DNA from: Myxococcales bacterium
GTDB taxonomy: Bacteria > Myxococcota_A > Polyangia > Polyangiales > Polyangiaceae
Direction: 5' to 3'
DNA: 64,000 bases
NCBI GenBank assembly: GCA_043747615.1
Contig: JAYTOU010000051.1
Coordinates: 1-64,000, forward strand
The notes under the pieces were generated by a model, which saw only the letters and a program-made list of their open reading frames with translations, searched no databases and was not told the origin of the DNA. The position numbers were made by a program, and so were the translations under genes. This document shows positions 10,450-20,287 of this stretch, piece by piece. How positions within the stretch are numbered: position 1 is the stretch's first letter; every line of letters starts with the position of its first letter.

Positions 10450-11193
10450 TCAGAAGGCGATGCTCACGCCCGCCGACACAGCGCGCTCGCCGAGCGGTAT
10501 CCCCTCGGCGAACACGTCCACGTGCCGCGCAACGAGCAGCGCGAATCCGCCGCCGAGCTGGAAGTGCGAGACGTCCGTACCGGTGACCGCCGCGCCTTGG
10601 TATCGCCAGAACACGGGACCTCCGAAGACGCGCGCCGTCGCATACGGGCTGAGAGCATTGAAGAACGTCGTGCCCACGATCGCGCCGGCGCGCAGATCGA
10701 ACGCCTCGTAGCCCGTGCGGCTCTCGTCGGCTCCTTCGTGCTTGGTGGTGGCGGCCGAGAACGACAATACGGACGACAGCACGACGAACGGATGCGCGTC
10801 GACCACACGCCACGATGCACCGAGAGCCGCAGCGACGCCGGGGAGAAAAACAAAGCGACCGCCGGGCATCAAGAGATCGCCCCCCAGCGTTGTTCCCGCG
10901 CCCGCTTGCAAGGAGAAGCGCGCAGTGGGCACATAGGCAAGGGAGGCGAGCAGCGCGCCGCGCGTCTCGTCACCGCGGAGCCCCCCGCCGAAGCGCAGAG
11001 CCGTAGCCGTGTAGACGCCGTTGACCCCGGCACGCCATCGCGGACGCGTCGCCTCTTCGTGCTCTGCGAGGCTACACGCGGACACACCGTCAGGCCCCGA
11101 CACTCCGCAGGCGAACGCGCGCGATGGCGAAAGGACGTGCGCGACCGCGACCACAGCGAGAACAAGAGCCCGGCGAGCCATGCAGCGAGACAT
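10450..11193 (-). CDS. Secreted protein, probable outer-membrane beta-barrel
   Basis: Signal peptide (AFA), Cys pair, alternating beta pattern, C-terminal Phe (AGVSIAF). Confidence 0.65.
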   Translation of the reverse strand: MSRCMARRALVLAVVAVAHVLSPSRAFACGVSGPDGVSACSLAEHEEATRPRWRAGVNGVYTATALRFGGGLRGDETRGALLASLAYVPTARFSLQAGAGTTLGGDLLMPGGRFVFLPGVAAALGASWRVVDAHPFVVLSSVLSFSAATTKHEGADESRTGYEAFDLRAGAIVGTTFFNALSPYATARVFGGPVFWRYQGAAVTGTDVSHFQLGGGFALLVARHVDVFAEGIPLGERAVSAGVSIAF

Positions 11194-11340
11194 AGGGGCA
11201 CTGCGCGGCGTTTGGAAGCCCGACCCACGACGGTTGAGGCTCGCCCCACCACGTGGCAGTGACGCAGTCGATCACCGCACCGAAAGCCAAGATGCAGCCC
11301 ACCGCGGACGATGAGTATTCCGGGATCGCGGCATCGTCGG

Positions 11341-12348
11341 TCAGACCGGTACGCCTAAGGCGCGCAAGATGAGAAACGTCGCGGCGCTGATCGCTGCGGC
11401 GCCCGGAACGGTGAGGACCCATGCCCAGACGATGCGCCTCGCGACGCCCCAGCGAACCGCACTGAGCTGGCGCACGCTGCCGACACCGATGATCGCGCCG
11501 GTGATCGTATGGGTGGTGGAGACGGGGATGCCGAGCGCCGTCGCCATGAAGAGGGTGATCGCGCCAGCAGACTCCGCGCAGAACCCGCCGACCGGCTGCA
11601 GCTTCGTGATTTTCATTCCCATCGTGCGTACGATGCGCCAGCCGCCGGTGAGCGTTCCGAGACCCATCGCCGCGTGGCAGGCGATGACCACCCAGAAGGG
11701 CACCCCTTGCGCGTGACCCTTCAACGCGGGTACGAGATTTCCTGAGGCAACGAGGGCGGCCACGATGATCCCCATGGTCTTCTGCGCGTCGTTTCCGCCG
11801 TGACCGAGCGAGTAGAGGGCCGCTGACACGAGCTGGAATCGGCGAAAATTCTTGTCGACTCCGCGCTGCGATCTCTGCCCGAAGATCGTCATGGTCAGCG
11901 CCATCATTCCGAAGCCGAGGATGGCCCCGATGAACGGCGAGAGGACGATGAAGAGCGCTGTTTTCTCGAAGAACGCTGCATCGAGCGAACCAAACCCGGC
12001 CTTGACGACGGCCGCCCCCGCGAGCCCTCCGAGGAGCGCGTGCGACGACGACGTGGGCAGCCCGAGCCACCACGTGAAGAGATCCCACACGATGGCGCCG
12101 ACCAGACCGGACGCGACGAGACCGAGGGTGACCACGTGCGGATCGACACCTTTGGCGATGTTGCCTGCCACGTGGGTGCTGAAGATGAGGAAGGCGATGA
12201 AGTTGAAAATCGCGGCCCACAGCACTGCCTGGCGGGGCGTGAGCACGCGCGTCGAGACCACGGTGGCGATCGAGTTGGCGGCGTCGTGAAAGCCGTTGAT
12301 GAAGTCGAACGCGAGCGCGAGCCCGATGATCAGAAAGAGGCTGGTCAC
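11341..12348 (-). CDS. pit: PiT-family inorganic phosphate transporter
   Basis: GFHDAANSIAT and GHGGNDAQK signatures; PVSTTH. Confidence 0.95.
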   Translation of the reverse strand: MTSLFLIIGLALAFDFINGFHDAANSIATVVSTRVLTPRQAVLWAAIFNFIAFLIFSTHVAGNIAKGVDPHVVTLGLVASGLVGAIVWDLFTWWLGLPTSSSHALLGGLAGAAVVKAGFGSLDAAFFEKTALFIVLSPFIGAILGFGMMALTMTIFGQRSQRGVDKNFRRFQLVSAALYSLGHGGNDAQKTMGIIVAALVASGNLVPALKGHAQGVPFWVVIACHAAMGLGTLTGGWRIVRTMGMKITKLQPVGGFCAESAGAITLFMATALGIPVSTTHTITGAIIGVGSVRQLSAVRWGVARRIVWAWVLTVPGAAAISAATFLILRALGVPV

Positions 12349-12406
12349 TGCGGCCTCCGGCCTGCGCTCGAGACGACCCCGACCGCCTCACGGATTCCAA
12401 AGCGGT

Positions 12407-13105
12407 TCATGCGTACTCCAGCACGACCCCTTCGACGATGTTCGCCACGTCTTCGCAGCGGTCGGACGCAGACTCGAGGCTGTCGAAGATGTCTCGCCAC
12501 TTCATGACCAGGAGCGGATCGTTTCCGTGCTTGAAGAGATCGGCGATGGCCTTGCGGTAGATGCCGTCGGCCTCATTTTCCAGGCGATTGATCTCGACGC
12601 ACAGCTTGAGGATCTCGGGGGCTTTTCCCATGTCGGGGAGGAGCACCATGGCCTTCACGACCGCTTCGCAGCCGCGCACCAGGACTTCGGAGAGGGCCAC
12701 GGCCTCGGGGGGCGCGCTCTGCACTTCGAAGAGGACGACGCGCTCCGAAACTGCCTCGATCAGATCGAGAACGTCATCCATGCGGCTGATGAGGCCGTGG
12801 ATGTCGAAGCGGTCGAGCGGGGTGATCCACGTTTCGTGGAGGCGCTTCACCGTGGCGTGGGTGATGACGTCGCCGGCGTGCTCCGCGTCTTTGATCGCCG
12901 AGGCGAGCTTGATCGTGAACTCGCTCGGGCCGCCCTCGCCCATGGTCGCGGCCGCACCGCGGTAGGGGCCGTCGGCCGGTGGTTGCTTCGGGACCATGCT
13001 CGTGAACATTTCCACGAGCATCTTCGCGCCCTCGACGCTCTTCTCTGCGTGACCACGAAACGCGGCGAAGAAGAGGTCGTCTTTTTTCTTGTCGCTTCCG
13101 AACAT
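12407..13105 (-). CDS. DUF47 / PhoU-like phosphate transport regulator
   Basis: EHAGD..TH...LHETWITPLDRFDI, LENEAD, DRCEDVAN; directly upstream of pit. Confidence 0.92.
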   Translation of the reverse strand: MFGSDKKKDDLFFAAFRGHAEKSVEGAKMLVEMFTSMVPKQPPADGPYRGAAATMGEGGPSEFTIKLASAIKDAEHAGDVITHATVKRLHETWITPLDRFDIHGLISRMDDVLDLIEAVSERVVLFEVQSAPPEAVALSEVLVRGCEAVVKAMVLLPDMGKAPEILKLCVEINRLENEADGIYRKAIADLFKHGNDPLLVMKWRDIFDSLESASDRCEDVANIVEGVVLEYA

Positions 13106-13195
13106 GTCGACACCCTATTTGAAATCGTGACGCCCCGAAAGCGCAAGTGTGGAAAGTTCTGTCGCGCGCGGCGACGTCTGCGAAGCTCAGTGTCG

Positions 13196-14059
13196 ATGAA
13201 GCTCCTCATCTTAGGCGGAGGCTTTACTGGCGCGGCCGTGGCACGAAACGCTCTCGCCCGCGGAATCCCAGTTACCGCAACGACGCGAAGCGAGCACCGG
13301 GCCGGTTTGCTCCGCGCGCTCGGCGCGACGCCCATGCTCTCGCATACGCTCGACGCAAGCACGCTCAAGGGGCACGTCGACGAAGACACTTACGTCCTTG
13401 TGACCGTGCCGCCGGACGGCGTCGATGATGCGTCGCTTGCCGCCTCGCTTGTCCCGCTCCGCGCCGCCGCCGTCGCGTATGTTTCCTCTACCGCCGTGTA
13501 TGGAGCCGCGAGCGGTCGCGTCGACGAGACAACCCCGACCGATCGGTCCGCCCCACGCGCCGCCCGGCGACTCGACGCCGAAGCAGCGTGGCAGCGCGCA
13601 GGTGCGGCCGTGCTTCGCGCCCCTGGCATCTACGGACCTGGGCGCGGCCTCCACCTGCGCCTCGCGCGCGGCGAGGTTCGCCTGGCCGGTCCCGGCGGCA
13701 ACGCGATCTCGCGCGTCCATGTAGACGATCTCGCCGTCGCGCTCTTCGCCGTCCTCCAGTCGAGGGCGAAGTGCGAAACCTTCGTGGTGGGCGACGCCGA
13801 GCCTGCGCCTCACGAGGAAGTGGTCGGCTTCCTTTGCGACGCACTCCGCATTCCGCTGCCCGCATGGGACCGCCGCGCGCCCCCGCCCGAGACGCTGAGT
13901 CACGACCGCCGTGTGGACGGAGCCCGCCTCCGCGCGCGCTTCAGCCTCGCGCTCACATACCCAAGCTACCGCGAGGGCTATGCCCACTGCGTCGCCCTCG
14001 ACCGGGCAGCGCTCGACGAAGCCCTCGGCGCCGCGCCGTTACCCGAGCGCGCTCTTTAA
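13196..14059 (+). CDS. NAD-dependent epimerase/atypical SDR (YeeZ-like)
   Basis: ILGGGFTG, YVSSTAVYG, LRAPGIYGPGR, SRVHVDD, YPSYREG. Confidence 0.88.
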   Translation: MKLLILGGGFTGAAVARNALARGIPVTATTRSEHRAGLLRALGATPMLSHTLDASTLKGHVDEDTYVLVTVPPDGVDDASLAASLVPLRAAAVAYVSSTAVYGAASGRVDETTPTDRSAPRAARRLDAEAAWQRAGAAVLRAPGIYGPGRGLHLRLARGEVRLAGPGGNAISRVHVDDLAVALFAVLQSRAKCETFVVGDAEPAPHEEVVGFLCDALRIPLPAWDRRAPPPETLSHDRRVDGARLRARFSLALTYPSYREGYAHCVALDRAALDEALGAAPLPERAL

Positions 14060-14989
14060 CAGAGTAAGGAGCTCGCCCCACGCCTTTTCCGCCGCGTCGC
14101 GGTTGTAAACACGCGAATCGGGCGGACACCATCCGTGCATCGTCCCTTGGTACACGTCGACCTTCGCTCGTAGGGACGCATGGCCGAACGCAGCCTTGAG
14201 CGTCTCCTTCGCATCTGGCTGCTTCGCGTCGTCGTTGGCGGCGATCGCGATGAGAAACTGCGCCTTCATCGTTGGAATCAGAAGGTGCGGGCTGTCCGAC
14301 TTATCCGTCGCCAAACCTCCGCCATGGAACGTCGCCGCCGCGCCAATTCGGTCCGGATTCGCAGCCGCCGTGCGCATGACGAGCGGGCCGCCCATGCAGT
14401 AGCCGGTCGTTCCCATCTTGCGCGATTTGTCGACGGACGGTTGCTGATCGAGCCACGCCGTAAGGGCTTTCGCGTCGGTGATCGCGGTGTCTTGCGTGAG
14501 CGAGCGCGCGAGCGCCATCAGCGCGTCACGCGTTGCCGGATCTTCGAAGTCGGCGTGCGGAGGCGACGTCGGCGCTTTGTTCGTTCGGTAGAAGGGATTC
14601 ACCACGAGCACGGCGTATCCCGACTCGGCGAGGCGCTTTCCCATCTGACGAAACGCCGGGCGTAGACCGAAGATGTCAGGCCAGATGAGGACCGCAGGAG
14701 CCTTGCCGGCCGCTGGATGCACGAAGTAGGCATCACAGGCTCCGTCGGGCGTGGGGATGCTGACCTCCGACTCGGTCGTCGCGATCACCGCCCCTGCTGC
14801 TAGTGACGATGATGCTACTGCCGTCGGTGCAGGCACCGAAAGCGGCGCAGGCTCCGTTGATTTGCATCCCACCGGCAGGAGCGAAGCGAGGCCTGCGCCG
14901 AGCGAGAGAGACCCAAAGCCTCGCCGTGAAAGGAGCTCGGAGCGAAGCTGGTAGGCGATCATGTCGTCAAAGGAATCGTCGTCACACAT
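14039..14989 (-). CDS. Dienelactone hydrolase family protein with a Tat-like signal
   Basis: GYCMGG nucleophile, PDIFGLRP, HGW; N-terminal SRRGF twin-arginine motif. Confidence 0.9.
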   Translation of the reverse strand: MCDDDSFDDMIAYQLRSELLSRRGFGSLSLGAGLASLLPVGCKSTEPAPLSVPAPTAVASSSLAAGAVIATTESEVSIPTPDGACDAYFVHPAAGKAPAVLIWPDIFGLRPAFRQMGKRLAESGYAVLVVNPFYRTNKAPTSPPHADFEDPATRDALMALARSLTQDTAITDAKALTAWLDQQPSVDKSRKMGTTGYCMGGPLVMRTAAANPDRIGAAATFHGGGLATDKSDSPHLLIPTMKAQFLIAIAANDDAKQPDAKETLKAAFGHASLRAKVDVYQGTMHGWCPPDSRVYNRDAAEKAWGELLTLLKSALG

Positions 14990-14997
14990 GCGTGGTC

Positions 14998-16722
14998 TCA
15001 GGGCTCCAGCGCGCCGGCGCTGCACGGGGTCGTTCGCGGCATCCCGCGCTGATCGGTGGTCTGGCAGTTGCTCGCGCCCTTGCCGACCGCCGGGCTCGTC
15101 TTCGGAACGGCCATCGTCTTCGTCGGACCTCCATTGTCCGCGAGCGGCGCGAGCTGCGGATCGATGATCGTGGAGTTGCTCGTGCACTTGTGCGGGTCGG
15201 GGCTCGCGGGGCCGGGCAAGAACTCGATGTTGCCAGCGCCCGCCGTGAAGGTGGCCTCGCAATTCGCGGAGTCGCCGCTCGTGGGCGCCGGCTTCTTGTT
15301 GTTTGCGATGATCGAGTTGTACAGCGCGATCGTTCCGGTGGTGCCCATGAAACCCGCCCCGAAGGTGGCGTACATATTTCCGGACGTGGTCTTTACTTCG
15401 TTGCCCGCGACCGTGAGGTTGGCGAGCGTGCCTCCGGCAATGTTGGACCCGAAGTAGAACCCGCCACCGAGCCCGTCCGTCGCCGTGTTGTTGGCGATGG
15501 TAACGTTCGTGAGATTGATGGTGACGTCGGCCGCGGCCGCTCCCTCTACGCGCACGCCGCCGGCGCCCTTGGCGACGTTGTTCGATACGGTGGAGTTTGT
15601 CATCGTGAGATCGATCTGGTGAAGATAGAGCGCGCCGGAGTTGTCAGCGGTGTTGGCATCGAAGGTGGACTTGTCGATGGTGACCGGACCGGTGTTCTTG
15701 GGGACGCACGTGGTGTCGACGGTGCGGAAGATCGCGCCCCCGAAGGCGCCGATCCCGGCGTGGTTGGCGTGGAACGTTGCGCCGCAGACGGTGATATCGA
15801 TTGGCGTGTAAGGAGGCATCGCCACGCTGCCATTGCAGCCGGAGCTCGCCGGTCCGTCGAAGGAGATCGCCCCGCCGTTTCCGCCGTTCCCAGGATTGGC
15901 GTTCAGGCCCGTGGCCGTGTTGCCGTCGAAGGTGCTGTTGAAGATCGTGAGATTGGCAACGCCGAGGTTGCCGAGCGCGCCTCCGTTGCTGCACGCATTG
16001 CCGGAGAACGTGCTCCCCGAGATCTTGGTGGCACCGCCGCCGATCGAGTAGATCGCCCCGCCGGCAACGTCCTGTCCGGTGACCGGGCCGATGTTGCCGT
16101 GGAACGTGCAGTCGACGACGGTGAGCTGCGCGCCCACGCGGTAGATCGCCGCCCCGCCCGTCGCGGTGCTCGTCGTGTTCACGACGTCGGTCGTGCGTCC
16201 GTCGCGAAACGTGAGTTTTTGCACGGTGATCATCGTGGCTTTTTCGGTGAAGTCGCCGTGCCCGATTTTCAGGATCCGGGCCTTCATGTCGCCGCTGAGA
16301 ACGATGGTCCCGCCGCCGTCGATCACGGTGGTCTTGTCGACCGTGCGCTCCGCCGTCATTTTGATCACGAACGGGTTCGCCGCTGTGCCCCCGCACGCGA
16401 AGGTGATGACTCCACCCACGTCGAGCGCGGTCTGGAGCCCAGCCTCGGAGCAAGGCGGGCCGCCGGCTTTTCCGACCACGGTGGTCGGCGCCGAAACATC
16501 GGCAAGCGTCACCGTCGAGGTGCACACGCTCCCCGGCGGCGGGATCGGCCCCGAGTCGCTTGAATTCCCGCCTTCGCCGCCGCCGTCGCTAAGTGCGCCG
16601 TCGTCGCGGTTTGCGTCCGTGCCACCGCCGTCAGCGGCAGCGCCGTCCGAACCGTTCGAGTCGCCGCACGACACGACGAGGACCGCAAAGAGAAACGCGC
16701 CGGCTGCAAACCGCTTTCTCAC
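14998..16722 (-). CDS. Lipoprotein with Pmp-like right-handed beta-helix repeats and a choice-of-anchor Q-like C-terminus
   Basis: VVSC lipobox; repeated FxxN...GGA(I/L); C-terminal DPQLAPLADNGGPT..SPA..DQRG..R..GALE. Confidence 0.8.
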   Translation of the reverse strand: MRKRFAAGAFLFAVLVVSCGDSNGSDGAAADGGGTDANRDDGALSDGGGEGGNSSDSGPIPPPGSVCTSTVTLADVSAPTTVVGKAGGPPCSEAGLQTALDVGGVITFACGGTAANPFVIKMTAERTVDKTTVIDGGGTIVLSGDMKARILKIGHGDFTEKATMITVQKLTFRDGRTTDVVNTTSTATGGAAIYRVGAQLTVVDCTFHGNIGPVTGQDVAGGAIYSIGGGATKISGSTFSGNACSNGGALGNLGVANLTIFNSTFDGNTATGLNANPGNGGNGGAISFDGPASSGCNGSVAMPPYTPIDITVCGATFHANHAGIGAFGGAIFRTVDTTCVPKNTGPVTIDKSTFDANTADNSGALYLHQIDLTMTNSTVSNNVAKGAGGVRVEGAAAADVTINLTNVTIANNTATDGLGGGFYFGSNIAGGTLANLTVAGNEVKTTSGNMYATFGAGFMGTTGTIALYNSIIANNKKPAPTSGDSANCEATFTAGAGNIEFLPGPASPDPHKCTSNSTIIDPQLAPLADNGGPTKTMAVPKTSPAVGKGASNCQTTDQRGMPRTTPCSAGALEP

Positions 16723-16772
16723 AGTGAGACCAGTCTATCCGACTCCGTCTACTTCAGGTGTAAACTTGGCAG

Positions 16773-17702
16773 ATGCGAAACGCCTCTCTCATTTGTTCTT
16801 CGCTTCTCCTGGCTCTGGCCGGCTGCTCCGCGAACGATGACGCCTCGGCGGCGCCCGGCGGCGGATCCGATGACGCCTCCGTGGGCGGGGACGCGCATAA
16901 CACCATCGACGCGTTCGCCGGCGATGGCGCGAATGACGCCTCCACGCTCGGAGACGCGGGTTTCATTCCGGCTCTCGACGCGGGGCCTTCGTCGGGGCGT
17001 CAGCACGCGATCTCAAAGGACAAGACGACGGCGCCGAACGGGTTTTACGAGTACCTGCCCGGCGGTTACGACGGCTCGCGTGCCGCGCCTCTTCTCGTCT
17101 TCTGGCACGGCCTCGGCGAGAACGGCGATGGGCTGATGGAGGCGGATGGTGGCGGCGATCTGCACAAGGTCCCCGCGAACGGTCCGCCCAAATTGATCGC
17201 CGCAAGCCAGTGGCCAAACGCGCGGCCTTTCATCGTGCTCAGTCCTCAGCACGGGCCGGCCAACTGTCCGTCGAACGACGAGATCGACGCGTTCATGACC
17301 TGGGCCATCGGGCACTACACCGTGGACGCGAAGCGCGTCTACCTGACCGGTCTCAGCTGCGGCGCGATCGGCTCGTGGAGCTACCTCACGAAGTACAAGG
17401 ACAAGGTCGTCGCGGCGGCGCTCCTCATCTCGGGAGACCCGGGGAACGCCTGGACGGCTGACGGCTGCGGCCTGATCGCGAACATGTCGCTCTGGTCGGT
17501 CCACGGAAGCGCCGACCCCACGGTGAATGTCGGACCGGATGAGGCCGAGCTCACGCATCTCGTCGCGTGCCCCGCGCCGCATGCCGACGTGAAGTGGAAC
17601 CTCGTCGATGGAGGCGGTCACGACGTGTGGACGAAGACGTACGATCTGTCCTACGGCTACGGAGACGTGTACGCGTGGATGCTCGCGCATCCGAAGCCGT
17701 GA
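16773..17702 (+). CDS. Lipoprotein, alpha/beta hydrolase (predicted esterase/peptidase)
   Basis: LAGC lipobox, HGLGE, YLTGLSCG nucleophile, HGSADPTV, GHDVW. Confidence 0.85.
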   Translation: MRNASLICSSLLLALAGCSANDDASAAPGGGSDDASVGGDAHNTIDAFAGDGANDASTLGDAGFIPALDAGPSSGRQHAISKDKTTAPNGFYEYLPGGYDGSRAAPLLVFWHGLGENGDGLMEADGGGDLHKVPANGPPKLIAASQWPNARPFIVLSPQHGPANCPSNDEIDAFMTWAIGHYTVDAKRVYLTGLSCGAIGSWSYLTKYKDKVVAAALLISGDPGNAWTADGCGLIANMSLWSVHGSADPTVNVGPDEAELTHLVACPAPHADVKWNLVDGGGHDVWTKTYDLSYGYGDVYAWMLAHPKP

Positions 17703-18553
17703 CGCCTCCGCAGCGCGTGATTGCAATCGAAGGACCCGGGCTGTTCGGCGGTCGCGCCTGCCGGGTCGTGTTGTCGCGCACTTCCTACCCCGCGGTCAGG
17801 CTTCGCGTCGGCGGAGGGTCTCTGGTTCCGCTCGGTGATTTTCGGGTCGTCGACACGAACCGCACGACGACCATCGCGCGCGGAGAGTCGAGGCTCTCGC
17901 TCGTCGAGCACTTGTTCGCGGCGCTCGCGGGGCTGAGCGTCCGCGAGCACCTCGACATTGACGTTACCGGCGACGAGCTCCCGCTCCTCGACGGCGGCGC
18001 GCGCGTGTGGTGCGAAGCGCTCGCCGAGCTCGGACTTGGAGCCGAGCATGCCTGGGGCGATGGCGGGAGCCCCGCCGCGCCTCTCCTGGTCTCACGCCGG
18101 ATCGCGGTGCACGAGCCCATCGTCGTCGGCGAGAGCGTCTATCGCTTCGCCCCTGCACGAGACGTCTACGTCGCGGCGATGATCGACGTCGGCGATCCGC
18201 GCGTCGATGCAACGGCCGACTGGAACGGCACCGCGAGCCATTTCGTAACGACCATTGCTTCAGCAAGGACCTTCGTTGACGCGCGCGATCTCGAACCGAT
18301 GCTCGCGTCGGGCCTCGGTGCCTCGGTCGACCGTGCCAGCGTCATCGTATTCGACGCTGACACGGTACACGTTGCGGGCCGACCCTTTTCGCCAGCCGAG
18401 CCTGCGCGCCACAAGTTGCTCGATCTCATGGGCGATCTCTACTTGTACGGCGGACCTCCGCGGGGCTCCACGCACGCTCATCGCCCAGGGCATCGCGCGA
18501 CCCACGCCGCCATCGCGGAAGCGATCGCACGCGGCGTTCTTTGCCGCGCTTGA
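17699..18553 (+). CDS. lpxC: UDP-3-O-acyl-N-acetylglucosamine deacetylase (divergent LpxC)
   Basis: VEHLFAAL, ELPLLDGG, IASARTF, RHKLLDLMGDL zinc motif, GH catalytic His. Confidence 0.85.
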   Translation: MTPPQRVIAIEGPGLFGGRACRVVLSRTSYPAVRLRVGGGSLVPLGDFRVVDTNRTTTIARGESRLSLVEHLFAALAGLSVREHLDIDVTGDELPLLDGGARVWCEALAELGLGAEHAWGDGGSPAAPLLVSRRIAVHEPIVVGESVYRFAPARDVYVAAMIDVGDPRVDATADWNGTASHFVTTIASARTFVDARDLEPMLASGLGASVDRASVIVFDADTVHVAGRPFSPAEPARHKLLDLMGDLYLYGGPPRGSTHAHRPGHRATHAAIAEAIARGVLCRA

Positions 18554-18672
18554 TGCCGTAATTCGTACTCTCGTCTCAATGACGCTCCGGCGGCCCGAGC
18601 GACGCAACCTCTGCGACCGACGCACTGGACACACCTTCGGTGATTTCGTCGCGCCGCCGTTCACCCGACGGT

Positions 18673-20130
18673 TCACTCGTCGGTCTTCTTGCGCGGTCGT
18701 CGGAGCCCGTACTCGTCGAGCCGGTTGATCAGCGTTCGCCGCGAAATCCCGAGAATTTCGCTGGCCTTGCTCTGGTTTCCGCCGGCCTGATCCAAGGCCT
18801 TGAGTATGAGCGTTTGCTCGGTTTCCGCGTCCATGCGTAGGAGACGACCATGCGGCTCCCTTGCGGCTGCAAGGCGACTGGGCGCGCTCGGAGCGGTCTT
18901 GGTTGGGGCTCGAAGTCGACCAACCGACAGACCGCTTTCGGGCGCTTCGTCGAGTGACAGATCCGGCTCGATGATCAAATGTTCCGGAAGAAGAGTCGTT
19001 CCGCAGCACACGGTGAGCGCGCGCTCCATCACGTTCTTGAGCTCCCGAATATTTCCTGGCCACGAATGCTTATCGAGCGTCGCGAGCAGCTCGCTGGTCA
19101 GCTTCGGTATCGCGCGCCCGCCGCGCATTGCCGCTTGTCCCAAGAAGAAGGACGCGAGCGCCGGGATCTCCGAACGGCGCTCCCGGAGCGGAGGAATGGG
19201 GATGGTGATCCCGTTCAGCCTGAAATAAAGGTCGCGTCGAAACGCGCCCATGGCCACGAGCGCGGGAAGATTTCGGTTCGTGGCAGCGATGAAGCGCACG
19301 TCCACGATGCGTGGCTTTAGCCCGCCGAGGCGCATCAACTCCCCGTTCTCGAGGACGCGAAGGAGCTTGGCCTGGGTGGGAAGCGGCATCTCGCCGACCT
19401 CGTCGAGGAAGAACGTACCCTGGTGGGCGGCCTCGATGAGACCGGCCTTTGTCTGGTTTGCGCCCGTGAAGGCGCCGCGTTCGTAGCCGAATAGCTCGCT
19501 CTCGAGGAGCGCCTCGGGGAGCGCGGCACAGTTCAACTTGATGTACGGAAAGTCGGCGCGTGGCGAGCGCTTGTGGAGAGCTGCGCTGATTACTTCCTTG
19601 CCGACGCCCGTCTCGCCCATCACCAGCACGGGAATTCCGGAACGCGCGACTAGCTCGACGAGCCCGTGAATCCTGGCCATGGCCACGTCTTCCACGACCA
19701 CCATCGCCTGGATGTTGGTGGACTCGTCTTCGGAGGCCGTCGACTTCTCGATCCGCGCAGTGATCTGCTCGGTGGACGGGCCGTGGTCCTGGATCATGAA
19801 GAAGATTCCGCCGGCCTCGATCAGGTTTCCGATCTCGAAAGGCGTCGGCGTGTTCGGCAGCAAGCGAAGGCCGTTCAGCCTGGTTCCATTTGCGCTCGCC
19901 AGGTCCTCGATGACGGCCGGCGCGCCTTCCCGAATTGAGAAATGACGCCTCGAGATCGACGGGGCATCGATGCGAATTTCGCTGTCCGTACCGCGGCCGA
20001 CGCCGACCACGCGGCCGGGGCTCAGCGGATGCGCCTTCACGCCCCCCTTGAAGAACACGATGAGATGCGGCCCCGGGGCGAGGATCGGGGGTGCCTGCGT
20101 GAGTGTCGACAGCGGAGCTTGGTCGGCCAT
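18673..20130 (-). CDS. FHA-domain sigma54-dependent enhancer-binding protein (Fis HTH)
   Basis: FHA (VGRG..ISRRH..SANGT), Walker A GETGVGKE, GAFTGA, WPGNIREL, GNQSKASEILGISRRTL; alternative start at 20190. Confidence 0.95.
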   Translation of the reverse strand: MADQAPLSTLTQAPPILAPGPHLIVFFKGGVKAHPLSPGRVVGVGRGTDSEIRIDAPSISRRHFSIREGAPAVIEDLASANGTRLNGLRLLPNTPTPFEIGNLIEAGGIFFMIQDHGPSTEQITARIEKSTASEDESTNIQAMVVVEDVAMARIHGLVELVARSGIPVLVMGETGVGKEVISAALHKRSPRADFPYIKLNCAALPEALLESELFGYERGAFTGANQTKAGLIEAAHQGTFFLDEVGEMPLPTQAKLLRVLENGELMRLGGLKPRIVDVRFIAATNRNLPALVAMGAFRRDLYFRLNGITIPIPPLRERRSEIPALASFFLGQAAMRGGRAIPKLTSELLATLDKHSWPGNIRELKNVMERALTVCCGTTLLPEHLIIEPDLSLDEAPESGLSVGRLRAPTKTAPSAPSRLAAAREPHGRLLRMDAETEQTLILKALDQAGGNQSKASEILGISRRTLINRLDEYGLRRPRKKTDE

Positions 20131-20287
20131 GGGTCGGTCGGTCGCCCGCTCCGGACGCGGCGCGACGAGACTTCCGGGAGTATAGGGCATGCGCTTCTCC
20201 GCCGCGGGGAGTATTCCAACGACGCGATCCTCAAGAGGAGCCACAATTCTTCGGCGTTCACCCTCCGCTTGACCGATACTGGGGCGC

